Positions 56,768 through 64,000 of a DNA stretch of 64,000 nt are shown in pieces (the first letter of the stretch is position 1; every line of letters starts with the position of its first letter). The notes under the pieces are model-generated. The model ran no database searches and was not told the DNA's origin. It saw only the letters and a list, made by a program, of their open reading frames with translations. This stretch comes from Candidatus Xenobia bacterium (lineage in GTDB: Bacteria > Vulcanimicrobiota > Xenobia > Xenobiales > QWHO01): contig BTUM01000038.1 in the NCBI GenBank assembly GCA_045863235.1, positions 1-64,000 of the forward strand, given 5' to 3'. Position numbers and translations under genes: made by a program.

Positions 56768-57781
56768 ATGCTGGAAGGCCTGAACAAGATGGACCAGGAT
56801 GAGTTGCTGGGGGCAGCTCGCATGGTGGGGATCGACCCGGTGCGCGAAGGTCTGCGCGACACGGAGGCTCTGCGTCTGCGCCTGTTGAGCTGGATGGCGG
56901 CCCGGCTGGGAGTCAACGGGGCCTGGACGCCCGAGTCGGTCGAGCGCAGCGCCCTGGAATGGCTGGCGGCCCAGACCGACCACCCCTTCGAGAGCTCCAC
57001 GCCCACCTCCGAGCTCGAGCACGGCCTCTGGTCGCACATCACCGAGGAGGCCGCCCGGCAGCTCTTGCCGGTCTGGCGGATCGCCTCCTCGATGGCCTCG
57101 CTGGGGCCTCCCTCGGCCCTCTCCGAGGAGGTTCAACTGCTCGACCGCGTGGCCGAGAGGGTCTTTCCCTCCGGCAAGGCCCGCGAGGAGATGCGTCGCG
57201 GTTGGGAAGATTACTGCTCGCGCTCGGTGATGCTGGCCAGCGATCTGATCGGGGGCTTGAAAGACGACCTGAAGGAAGTGGCCGCCAATCCCGAGCTGGT
57301 CACCCCGACCCTGGTGCTGACGCTGGTGGTGGCCATGGCCGACGCCAAGTACGAGGTGGAGGAAAGCAAGCTGTTTCTGGCCGTGGCCCGGGCCCTGGGG
57401 CTGGAGGAGCGAGTGGCCGAGGGGGTGCAGGAGAAGGTGGCCCGTACCTTCTGGGATACGCGCCGTGAGCTGAACACCGAGGTTCTGGGCGAGCACAAAG
57501 CCTCGCTGATCGCCGCTCACAAGACCCTGGAAGCGAGCGGGGCTTTGCGCAGCCTGGTATCCGAGGTGCAGTCGGGTTTTCTCGAGCACCTGCACCAGTC
57601 GCTCTTCAAAGACCCCGACTTTCAGCGCGGCCTGAAAGCCTGGAACAAAGCCCCCTACCTCTGGCCGGTGGGTTTTGCCACCGGACTGTTGCTTTACTTT
57701 CGTCGCCGGTTGCATCCGGCCGAGAACCGGGGTCTGAGCGCCCTGCTCTACGAGACCTACAGCCGCCAGCAGCAAAATTGA
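56768..57781 (+). CDS. Hypothetical protein with TerB-like domain
   Basis: VAMADAKYEVEESKLFLAVARALGL TerB-like motif. Confidence 0.6.
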   Translation: MLEGLNKMDQDELLGAARMVGIDPVREGLRDTEALRLRLLSWMAARLGVNGAWTPESVERSALEWLAAQTDHPFESSTPTSELEHGLWSHITEEAARQLLPVWRIASSMASLGPPSALSEEVQLLDRVAERVFPSGKAREEMRRGWEDYCSRSVMLASDLIGGLKDDLKEVAANPELVTPTLVLTLVVAMADAKYEVEESKLFLAVARALGLEERVAEGVQEKVARTFWDTRRELNTEVLGEHKASLIAAHKTLEASGALRSLVSEVQSGFLEHLHQSLFKDPDFQRGLKAWNKAPYLWPVGFATGLLLYFRRRLHPAENRGLSALLYETYSRQQQN

Positions 57782-57822
57782 TAGAATGATATTCAAGCTT
57801 CGCTGGCGAAGCTTGCCGGGAG

Positions 57823-58848
57823 ATGTCTGAGCAGCCCCTCCCCGATCACGAAGAAGTCTGGACCTACCGGGGTTACCACATCAAGGCCAGCGAGTTCACC
57901 ACGGCCATGGTGCACATGTTCCGGGCCGAGGTGACTCGGGCCAACGTCTGGCGACAGCGCCTGGACTCCACCACCAACTGGGCCGTGATCACCACCGGCG
58001 CTTCCATCTCGCTGGCCTTCTCCGAGCAGGCTGTGAGCCACCTGGTGATCGCCCTGAACACCCTGCTGGTGACCCTCTTTCTCACCATCGAGGCCCGCCG
58101 CTATCGCTACTATGAGCTGTGGAGCTACCGGGTGCGCTTGATGGAGACCGACTTCTTCGCCTCCATGCTGGTGCCGCCGTTCAAGCCCGCGCCCGACTGG
58201 GCGGAGAGCCTGGCCGAGAGCCTGCTGCATCCCGACTTTCCGGTCTCCTGGTGGGAAGCGGTGGGCCGTCGTTACCGGCTCAACTACGTCTGGATCTTCG
58301 GGGTGCTGGGCCTGGCCTGGTTAGGCAAGGTGATGCTCCACCCGACCCCCGCTTTCAGTTGGAGTGACTTCATCCAGCGCTCGGCGGTCGGCCCCGTGCC
58401 CGGTGAGGTGGTGGTCGGGTTGGGAGTGACTTTCAACCTGGCCCTGCTGGTCATGGGCTTCATGACCCGACACCTCACCCAGGCCAGCGGCGAGGTCTTG
58501 CCTCGCTTCGGCCAGCACATGGGCGAGCATGAGCAGAAAAGAGCCTGGTTCCGCCCAAGTCGCAAGCGTCAGCAGGTGCTGGTGATCGTGGTCACCACCT
58601 CGCCCGAGGAGATGGGCCGGGCCATCCTCAAGGAGATGAATCGCGGGGTGACCGCATTGCTCGGCAAGGGGCTTTACTCGGGGAAGCGGCGGGCCGTCTT
58701 GATGACAGCCTTGACCGTGACCGAGCTGACTCACCTGCGCTCGGTGGTGGCCGCTACCGACGCCAACGCCTTCGTGGTCATCTCGCCGGCTCGCGAGATC
58801 CTTGGCTCGGGCTTCATGCCTTTGCTCGAGGACGAGGAGGAAGGCTGA
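57823..58848 (+). CDS. DUF2270 membrane protein with C-terminal DUF2179 (YitT-C-like) domain
   Basis: HMFRAEV.R...WRQRLDSTTNWAV, IEARRYRYY; RGVT...GKG.YSG...D.NAFVVI. Confidence 0.82.
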   Translation: MSEQPLPDHEEVWTYRGYHIKASEFTTAMVHMFRAEVTRANVWRQRLDSTTNWAVITTGASISLAFSEQAVSHLVIALNTLLVTLFLTIEARRYRYYELWSYRVRLMETDFFASMLVPPFKPAPDWAESLAESLLHPDFPVSWWEAVGRRYRLNYVWIFGVLGLAWLGKVMLHPTPAFSWSDFIQRSAVGPVPGEVVVGLGVTFNLALLVMGFMTRHLTQASGEVLPRFGQHMGEHEQKRAWFRPSRKRQQVLVIVVTTSPEEMGRAILKEMNRGVTALLGKGLYSGKRRAVLMTALTVTELTHLRSVVAATDANAFVVISPAREILGSGFMPLLEDEEEG

Positions 58849-58891
58849 TGGCCGTGCCACGACTTGCCCGGAACCGCTTCCAGGCTCAGGG

Positions 58892-59290
58892 TTAGCCCAT
58901 CGTCACCACGTTGTCGATCTCGATGAGGTAGGTCACCCGAACCTCACCCGGTTGGCGAAAGGGATACTTGTCCGCACCCAGATACTTCTTGGCCAGTCCG
59001 TCGATGACGTCGTCGGCTCCCTGCTCGGTAATCTCCACCACCCGGCCGCGCAGAGCGATGTGGCGGTAGTCGTTCTCGGGGTCCACGATGGACAGGGCTA
59101 CCTGGGGGCGGGCCTTCATGTTCAGGTCCTTGGTTCGACCTCTGGCCGAGTTGACCCGAATGCGGTCCCCCACGGTATCGAACCAGACCGGGCTGACCTG
59201 CGGGGTGCCGTCCTTCATCAAAGTGGCCAGGTGGGCCAGGGCCTTGGACTCCAGGATAGGGCGGAATTTCTCGGGTACTTGGGCGCTCAC
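58892..59290 (-). CDS. Pyridoxamine-phosphate-oxidase-class (putative F420-dependent) oxidoreductase
   Basis: LATLMKDGTPQVSPVWF, R.K..N....PQVALSIVDPEN.Y, LAKKYLG...YP. Confidence 0.88.
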   Translation of the reverse strand: MSAQVPEKFRPILESKALAHLATLMKDGTPQVSPVWFDTVGDRIRVNSARGRTKDLNMKARPQVALSIVDPENDYRHIALRGRVVEITEQGADDVIDGLAKKYLGADKYPFRQPGEVRVTYLIEIDNVVTMG

Positions 59291-59301
59291 GGGGGTCCTC
59301 C

Positions 59302-60597
59302 TCAGTCGGTATGCTCTTCAGCCAGAGCCCGTGAGCGTTCGGCGAGATAGCGACGCAAGACCTCCTGGCCATCTCCCGCCAGAGACTCGAAAGCGATCCC
59401 GCAGCGCGGCGACAGGCCGGCCACCGAGCCGCTCCAGGCCACCACTCCGGTGGCTGCCACGACTTCTTCTCCCAGGTGGATCAAGAGCTCGACGTGGTCG
59501 CCGATCTTCAGGTCGGCCACTCCCTCCAGGGCCACCCCGCCGTTGGACAGGTCGGCCGCCAGCCGGGCTTCGCGCACGCCGAAACGCCCCACCAGCTCGA
59601 CCCGGAAGTCCACCTCCCAACGCCGATTGCGACGACGCTCGGACTGGTTGCTCTCCTGGTAGACCCCCACCTGGTTTCCTCCATAGCTCTGGGCCTGCTG
59701 TAAACCGAGGCTGGCCTGCTTGTGGAGGAGGTTGATGGCGGCGTCGACGCTCGCCTGGGCCTGCAGGTCGGCGGGCGAGAGGCAGGCCAGCCCGACGCTG
59801 AGGGTGGCGGGAATCTCCAGGGCGGTCTCCCGCTCCACCGCCAGTCGGGTTGCCTCGGCCCGTTTCAGGGCTTCCTCGGGATCGATCCCTCCCAGCAGCA
59901 CGGCGAACTTGTCCAGGGCCACCCGGGCCACCAGATCGGCGCCCAGGTTCTCGCGGAGCAGCTCGCTGACCAGCACCAGAAGGCTCTCGTGCTGCAGCGA
60001 ATTGAGTTGCAGGGCAAGCTCCGGGAAGCCGTCCAGGTCCAGTCGCATAAAGGCGATGTGGCCCATCTCGCCACGGATCAAGGGGGCCAGCCAGTGGCGC
60101 AGGTGCTCCACCAGGAACTGCCCTGAATAAAGTCCGGTGACCTCGTCGCGAATGGCCTTCAGGCGAAGCCGAGCCTCGATCTCGAACAGGCGAACGTGTT
60201 GCAGAATGCGACTCTGCATGACCGGCAGGGGAGTGTCCCAACCGATGAAATCGCTTCCACCGGCCTCGAGCCCCTCCTCGATCCAGCCCTCCACCGCCTC
60301 GTTGCTGGTGAGATAGAGCACCGGCAACGAGCTCGACTCGGGTGAGGCCTTGAGGCGCTCGCACAGCGAGAAGGCCGCTCGTCCCCCGTTCGTGCTGGGC
60401 TCGCCTTCCAACTCCAGGTCGATGAGCACCACCGAAGGGTGCCAGTTTCGGGCTCGTTCCATGGCCTCGGCCAGGCTCAGGGCCAGGCGTACGTGAAAGC
60501 CTCTCTGCTCCAGTGTGCGGCGCAACTCCTGGCCGCGAGCCATCTGGGAAGTGACGACCAGCAACCGGCCATGGGCGCGTCTGGTGGTCTCGAGCAT
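59302..60597 (-). CDS. Response regulator + degenerate GGDEF + PilZ protein
   Basis: REC domain (VLIDLEL, PVLYLT); DLDGF and ARVALDKF (degenerate GGDEF); PilZ RRRNRR and DLSNGG. Confidence 0.85.
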   Translation of the reverse strand: MLETTRRAHGRLLVVTSQMARGQELRRTLEQRGFHVRLALSLAEAMERARNWHPSVVLIDLELEGEPSTNGGRAAFSLCERLKASPESSSLPVLYLTSNEAVEGWIEEGLEAGGSDFIGWDTPLPVMQSRILQHVRLFEIEARLRLKAIRDEVTGLYSGQFLVEHLRHWLAPLIRGEMGHIAFMRLDLDGFPELALQLNSLQHESLLVLVSELLRENLGADLVARVALDKFAVLLGGIDPEEALKRAEATRLAVERETALEIPATLSVGLACLSPADLQAQASVDAAINLLHKQASLGLQQAQSYGGNQVGVYQESNQSERRRNRRWEVDFRVELVGRFGVREARLAADLSNGGVALEGVADLKIGDHVELLIHLGEEVVAATGVVAWSGSVAGLSPRCGIAFESLAGDGQEVLRRYLAERSRALAEEHTD

Positions 60598-60746
60598 GAG
60601 TGTCCTTTTGGGGCGCGGGGCTCCTTGTCCTTCGTGTTAAGGCGCGCGTTGAATACTTCAGGAATTAGCGCGGCGCCGTTCAACAGATTGTCTACACTCC
60701 CGCGCGTTCCACTTCTGAACAGGTCAACGCGGGATTGTAGCCGCCC

Positions 60747-62150
60747 TCAGACCCCGATCTCTTGCTGGAAACGCTTGATGTCCAGCGGACCGCCCAGGTC
60801 CACAGTCGGCCCCGGTTGCCAGGTCACCCGGGCCTGGCCGGCGCTGAGGAGAATGCGCTCGGTGCTCCACCCCAGTCGCTCGAGCTTGTCCAGGAAGCCC
60901 TGGCTGTCGGCGGGGGCGGCCCGCAGGCTGGTCTTGATGGCCCAGTCTCGGGCTGCTTCCTTCCCCTGGCTGCTGGACAGGTCTTTGAAGGTCTGGCCGG
61001 TGCGGGCGGCGGTCAACAGCTCGGCCTGCACCATCGCCGCCACCATGTCGCGGGGCTGGGCTTCGGGGTGGAGGGCGATTTGCACGTTGTCCTTGCCGTC
61101 GAAGTCGAGCATGTAGCGTCGATCGCGGTACCACGAGCGCAGATCGTCGAAGTGGGTCTTGTCTTTGGTGATCTCCTCGAGCGAGCAGCCGAGCTTGACG
61201 TCGGTCTCGTTGCGGAACATGCCACCCGGGGTCGGGAACCAGGTGAAGAAGCCGCCGCTCGGACCGGGCCCGGGCAACTGGCCTTCCTTGACCCAGTCGC
61301 GCACGGCGCTGCGCAGGCCGGACTCGGTGATGTCGTAGATTTGCAGCACATCCACGGATTTCTTCTGAGCGAAGAGAGCCAGTGCGGTGGTGCCGACGGC
61401 CAGCAGCGGAACGGCCACGGGGCCGAGGAAGCGCTCGCCCACCAGCTGGCCGGCGATGGCCAGGCCCGCCCCCAGGGCCGAGGCCAGCATGGACTGGTTG
61501 CCGTTCTTGGAGCGCAGGTCGCCCAGGTTGTTGCCCAGCGCCTGGTGCTTCTCGATGGCGGCCGAGGCGGCGTTCTTGGTGCCCGTGCCCATGGCCTTGC
61601 AGATGTTGGCCAGCGGGGCGGTGATGGGGAAGGTCTGGGGCGCGAGCAACAGGGTGGTTTCGGCCAGGCTGCCCACCCCTGCAAAGACCTCGCCCTTGAC
61701 GAACCAGGCTCGGGGGTCCTTGTCGGCCTTGTGAGCGATCAGCGAGGCGCCCATCTTGCCCACGCCATCCACGGCGTCGCGGATCATCCAGGTCATTCCG
61801 GCCGAGAGAGGACCGATCTCGCCGAACCCCATGGCCCCGACCAGGGCCGAAGTCGCATAAAAACTGGTCATGCCCGCCGATACGTCGCGAATGAACTGCC
61901 ACTTGCGGTGGGGGGCATAATCCTCATGCACCGAGGCGGGAAAGTTCTCGGGCAGCATGACGCGCTTGAAGAAGCCCTGCTTGGGAGGGCCGGTCTTTCC
62001 GTCGGACAGCACCACGCGGTCACCCGTCGGCTGGAAGACGGTCACCTGCTCGCCGTTGATCTCGCTGGCCAGAGCCGTGCCATCGGCCACCATGCCGCGA
62101 GCCCGCTCGTCGGCGCTCGGCGTCTTGGGGACGGTGAGCTGGACATTCAT
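60747..62150 (-). CDS. RUS1 / DUF647 (root UV-B sensitive) family homologue
   Basis: LPENFPASVHEDY...W, ATSALVGAMG, W..RD..D.VG, D.DPRAW, ANICKA, HQALGNNLGDL..K...Q match my recollection of the RUS family. Confidence 0.78.
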   Translation of the reverse strand: MNVQLTVPKTPSADERARGMVADGTALASEINGEQVTVFQPTGDRVVLSDGKTGPPKQGFFKRVMLPENFPASVHEDYAPHRKWQFIRDVSAGMTSFYATSALVGAMGFGEIGPLSAGMTWMIRDAVDGVGKMGASLIAHKADKDPRAWFVKGEVFAGVGSLAETTLLLAPQTFPITAPLANICKAMGTGTKNAASAAIEKHQALGNNLGDLRSKNGNQSMLASALGAGLAIAGQLVGERFLGPVAVPLLAVGTTALALFAQKKSVDVLQIYDITESGLRSAVRDWVKEGQLPGPGPSGGFFTWFPTPGGMFRNETDVKLGCSLEEITKDKTHFDDLRSWYRDRRYMLDFDGKDNVQIALHPEAQPRDMVAAMVQAELLTAARTGQTFKDLSSSQGKEAARDWAIKTSLRAAPADSQGFLDKLERLGWSTERILLSAGQARVTWQPGPTVDLGGPLDIKRFQQEIGV

Positions 62151-62189
62151 AACCCAGTTTTACTCGAAGGTCAGAAAAAGATCCTGAAA

Positions 62190-62711
62190 TCAGCGCTCTT
62201 CCAGGCTGATCCCGAGGAAGTCGGCCACCTTCTGGCCCAGCTCGCAGGCGGCCGCGCGGCTGACCAGCTCGTCGTCCACCCGCAGGCGGCCGAGCATGCC
62301 GTCTGCTGAGCGCTCGAGCTGGATCTGGAACTGATCGCGGGGGCGCTTGTAGTGCTCCTCGGGCCGGGTGGCCACCACCACCAGGCGGTCGTAGCCGTCC
62401 AGTTTCTGGCGGTCGAGCCCGTTCACGGGCAGCAGCCAGGGGCCCAGGGCCAGGCCCCACCAGCGTTGCAGCGTGCGCTCCTTGCGATCGAGCGTGGTGA
62501 CCCGACGCCAGGCCAGCAGCAGAAAGCCCATGGCCACTGTCACCAGACTGGCGCAGGCAAGTCCCAGGCGCGCGTTGCGGCTCCAGGGCGGGCCGAAGCC
62601 GTAATCCAGCGCCGCCGTGCCCACGCCCAGCAACAGTCCGGCCGAAACCAGGGCGGTTCCCACCTGGCCTCGCCAGCCATCACCGCGCCGGATATCCATC
62701 ACATCGGGCAC
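62190..62711 (-). CDS. Hypothetical membrane protein
   Basis: Two TM helices followed by a beta-rich soluble domain. Confidence 0.65.
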   Translation of the reverse strand: MPDVMDIRRGDGWRGQVGTALVSAGLLLGVGTAALDYGFGPPWSRNARLGLACASLVTVAMGFLLLAWRRVTTLDRKERTLQRWWGLALGPWLLPVNGLDRQKLDGYDRLVVVATRPEEHYKRPRDQFQIQLERSADGMLGRLRVDDELVSRAAACELGQKVADFLGISLEER

Positions 62712-62723
62712 GGCTTCACCACG

Positions 62724-62780
62724 ATCTGACGAACGGGCCGGAACTGCGTTCCAACGCTCTCCAGAGGCCTTGCACGTTAG
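62724..62780 (-). repeat. Dispersed palindromic repeat, copy 3 (partial, inverted)
   Basis: Reverse complement CTAACGTGCAAGGCCTCTGG..GCGTTGGAACGCAGTTCCGGCCCGTTCGTCAGAT matches copies 1 and 2. Confidence 0.8.
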
Positions 62781-63994
62781 TTGTGCGACTTGATGTCGCG
62801 CCCGATGACCAGGGTCAGGTCGGGGCTGGCCGGGCCGGGAGTGCCCTGCTCGACCCTGGCCGGCACCACGTCAACCATGCGCTGGCAGGCGCGCGAGCTG
62901 CCCACCCGGTCCACCACCCGGCTGTAGGGATAGTCGCTGCGCCCGGCGTCTCCCACGAAGACCACCTGGAAGCCCTCCCGCTCGAGCCTGTCAGCGGCTT
63001 GAGTGGCAGCACCCTCGATGCCGCTGCCGTTGAGCACCTCCACCGTCAGCTCGGACAGGGGCAGGTCGTCAGGGCTGGTCAGCAGGCGGCGCACGAGGGC
63101 CCGATTGGCCTCGGTCTGAGGCACGAGATACATGATGCCGTCGTACTCGGCATCGCTCACCTCGAGCCGGGCGCTGCGCAGGCGCGAGCGGTCCATCCCC
63201 CGGAAGATTCGTCCCAGAGCCAGCATGCGGCTCTTGGGCAGGTCGGTGCTCACGTTCTTCTCGAACACCTTGACCAGGCGGGGCAGCGTGTCGAGCTTGA
63301 CCTGGGTCTTCAGCTGGCGGGTCAGGGCCGCGATCACCTGCTGCTGACGACGGATGCGCCCGAGATCCCCCTCCTCGTCATAGCGGAACCGGCAGTAGCC
63401 GACCACCTGCTTGCCGTTCAGCTTGTGGCGCCCCTGCTTGAGGTGGATGTGCAGGTTGCCCCAGTTGTCGTCGTAGTCCATCTTCTTCTCGACGTCCAGG
63501 GTCAGGCCCCCGAGGGCATCCACGACCTGGCTGGCGGCCTGTACCCGCACCGACATGCAGTAGTCCACCGGCACGCCCAGCAGGTTGGAAACCGTCTTGC
63601 GGGCCAGCCGGGCGCCTCCCAGAGCGTAGGCAGCATTGATCTTGTCCTCGCCGTAGCCGGGAATGCTGACGAGCAGGTCGCGGGGAATGGAGATCACCGA
63701 CACCGACTTCGACTGGCGGTCGAAGCTGAAGAGCATCATCGTGTCGGAGCGGGCGCTCTTGGAGTAAGGCATGCCCTTGGAGTCGTAGTTGTAGTCGACC
63801 CCCATGCACAGGATGTTGAGGCGCTTCTTGGAGCCGAAGACATACTTCTCTGGCTCGAGCCAGAACTTGACCGCGGCCTCTTTCTTGCCGCCTTCCTTCT
63901 CGATCTGGCGGGCCACCACGTAGTAGGCCCCTCCCACCAGGGTCAAAACCGAGGCCAGCAAAAGCAGGAACAAGAGCGTGAGGATCCAACGCAA
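62777..63994 (-). CDS. LCP (LytR-CpsA-Psr) family phosphotransferase with LytR_C domain
   Basis: N-terminal TM; RSDTMML, SIPRD, KINAAY, RFRYDEEGDLGRIRRQQ; VEVLNGSG. Confidence 0.92.
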   Translation of the reverse strand: MRWILTLLFLLLLASVLTLVGGAYYVVARQIEKEGGKKEAAVKFWLEPEKYVFGSKKRLNILCMGVDYNYDSKGMPYSKSARSDTMMLFSFDRQSKSVSVISIPRDLLVSIPGYGEDKINAAYALGGARLARKTVSNLLGVPVDYCMSVRVQAASQVVDALGGLTLDVEKKMDYDDNWGNLHIHLKQGRHKLNGKQVVGYCRFRYDEEGDLGRIRRQQQVIAALTRQLKTQVKLDTLPRLVKVFEKNVSTDLPKSRMLALGRIFRGMDRSRLRSARLEVSDAEYDGIMYLVPQTEANRALVRRLLTSPDDLPLSELTVEVLNGSGIEGAATQAADRLEREGFQVVFVGDAGRSDYPYSRVVDRVGSSRACQRMVDVVPARVEQGTPGPASPDLTLVIGRDIKSHN

Positions 63995-64000
63995 GAGCTT

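Overview
High-GC bacterial chromosome segment. Pseudopilin-motif proteins, an SLH/beta-barrel surface protein and the overall gene style suggest Candidatus Eremiobacterota/Xenobia, but this is inference and not verified. Bases 40-14304 are a ~14.3 kb element integrated at the anticodon loop of a tRNA-Thr(CGT) gene, bounded by the 16-bp direct repeat TGCTCATTACGAGTGA and carrying arm-type repeats at both ends. Its left half is PICI/satellite-like: integrase, divergent regulator and excisionase, primase, PriCT-DnaB helicase, and a lambda-O-like initiator containing four 19-bp iterons. Its 'late' half has only an HK97-type prohead protease, several small coiled-coil ORFs, a ~1020-aa tape-measure protein and a second tyrosine recombinase. 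I could not recognise any capsid, portal, terminase, tail tube or lysis gene. The rest of the window is host chromosome. Its most notable parts are: a translationally coupled five-gene operon (urea-transporter/M23 fusion, small secreted Cys protein, PqqD/RRE, ATP-grasp ligase, LysA-fold PLP enzyme) converging on a flavin-dependent halogenase-like gene; a bacterial RUS1/DUF647 homologue; an alkyl-DHAP-synthase-like gene; a dispersed palindromic repeat anchored on TAA stop codons; and strong CTCGAG over-representation. All protein calls come from reading motifs by eye; no database searches were run.
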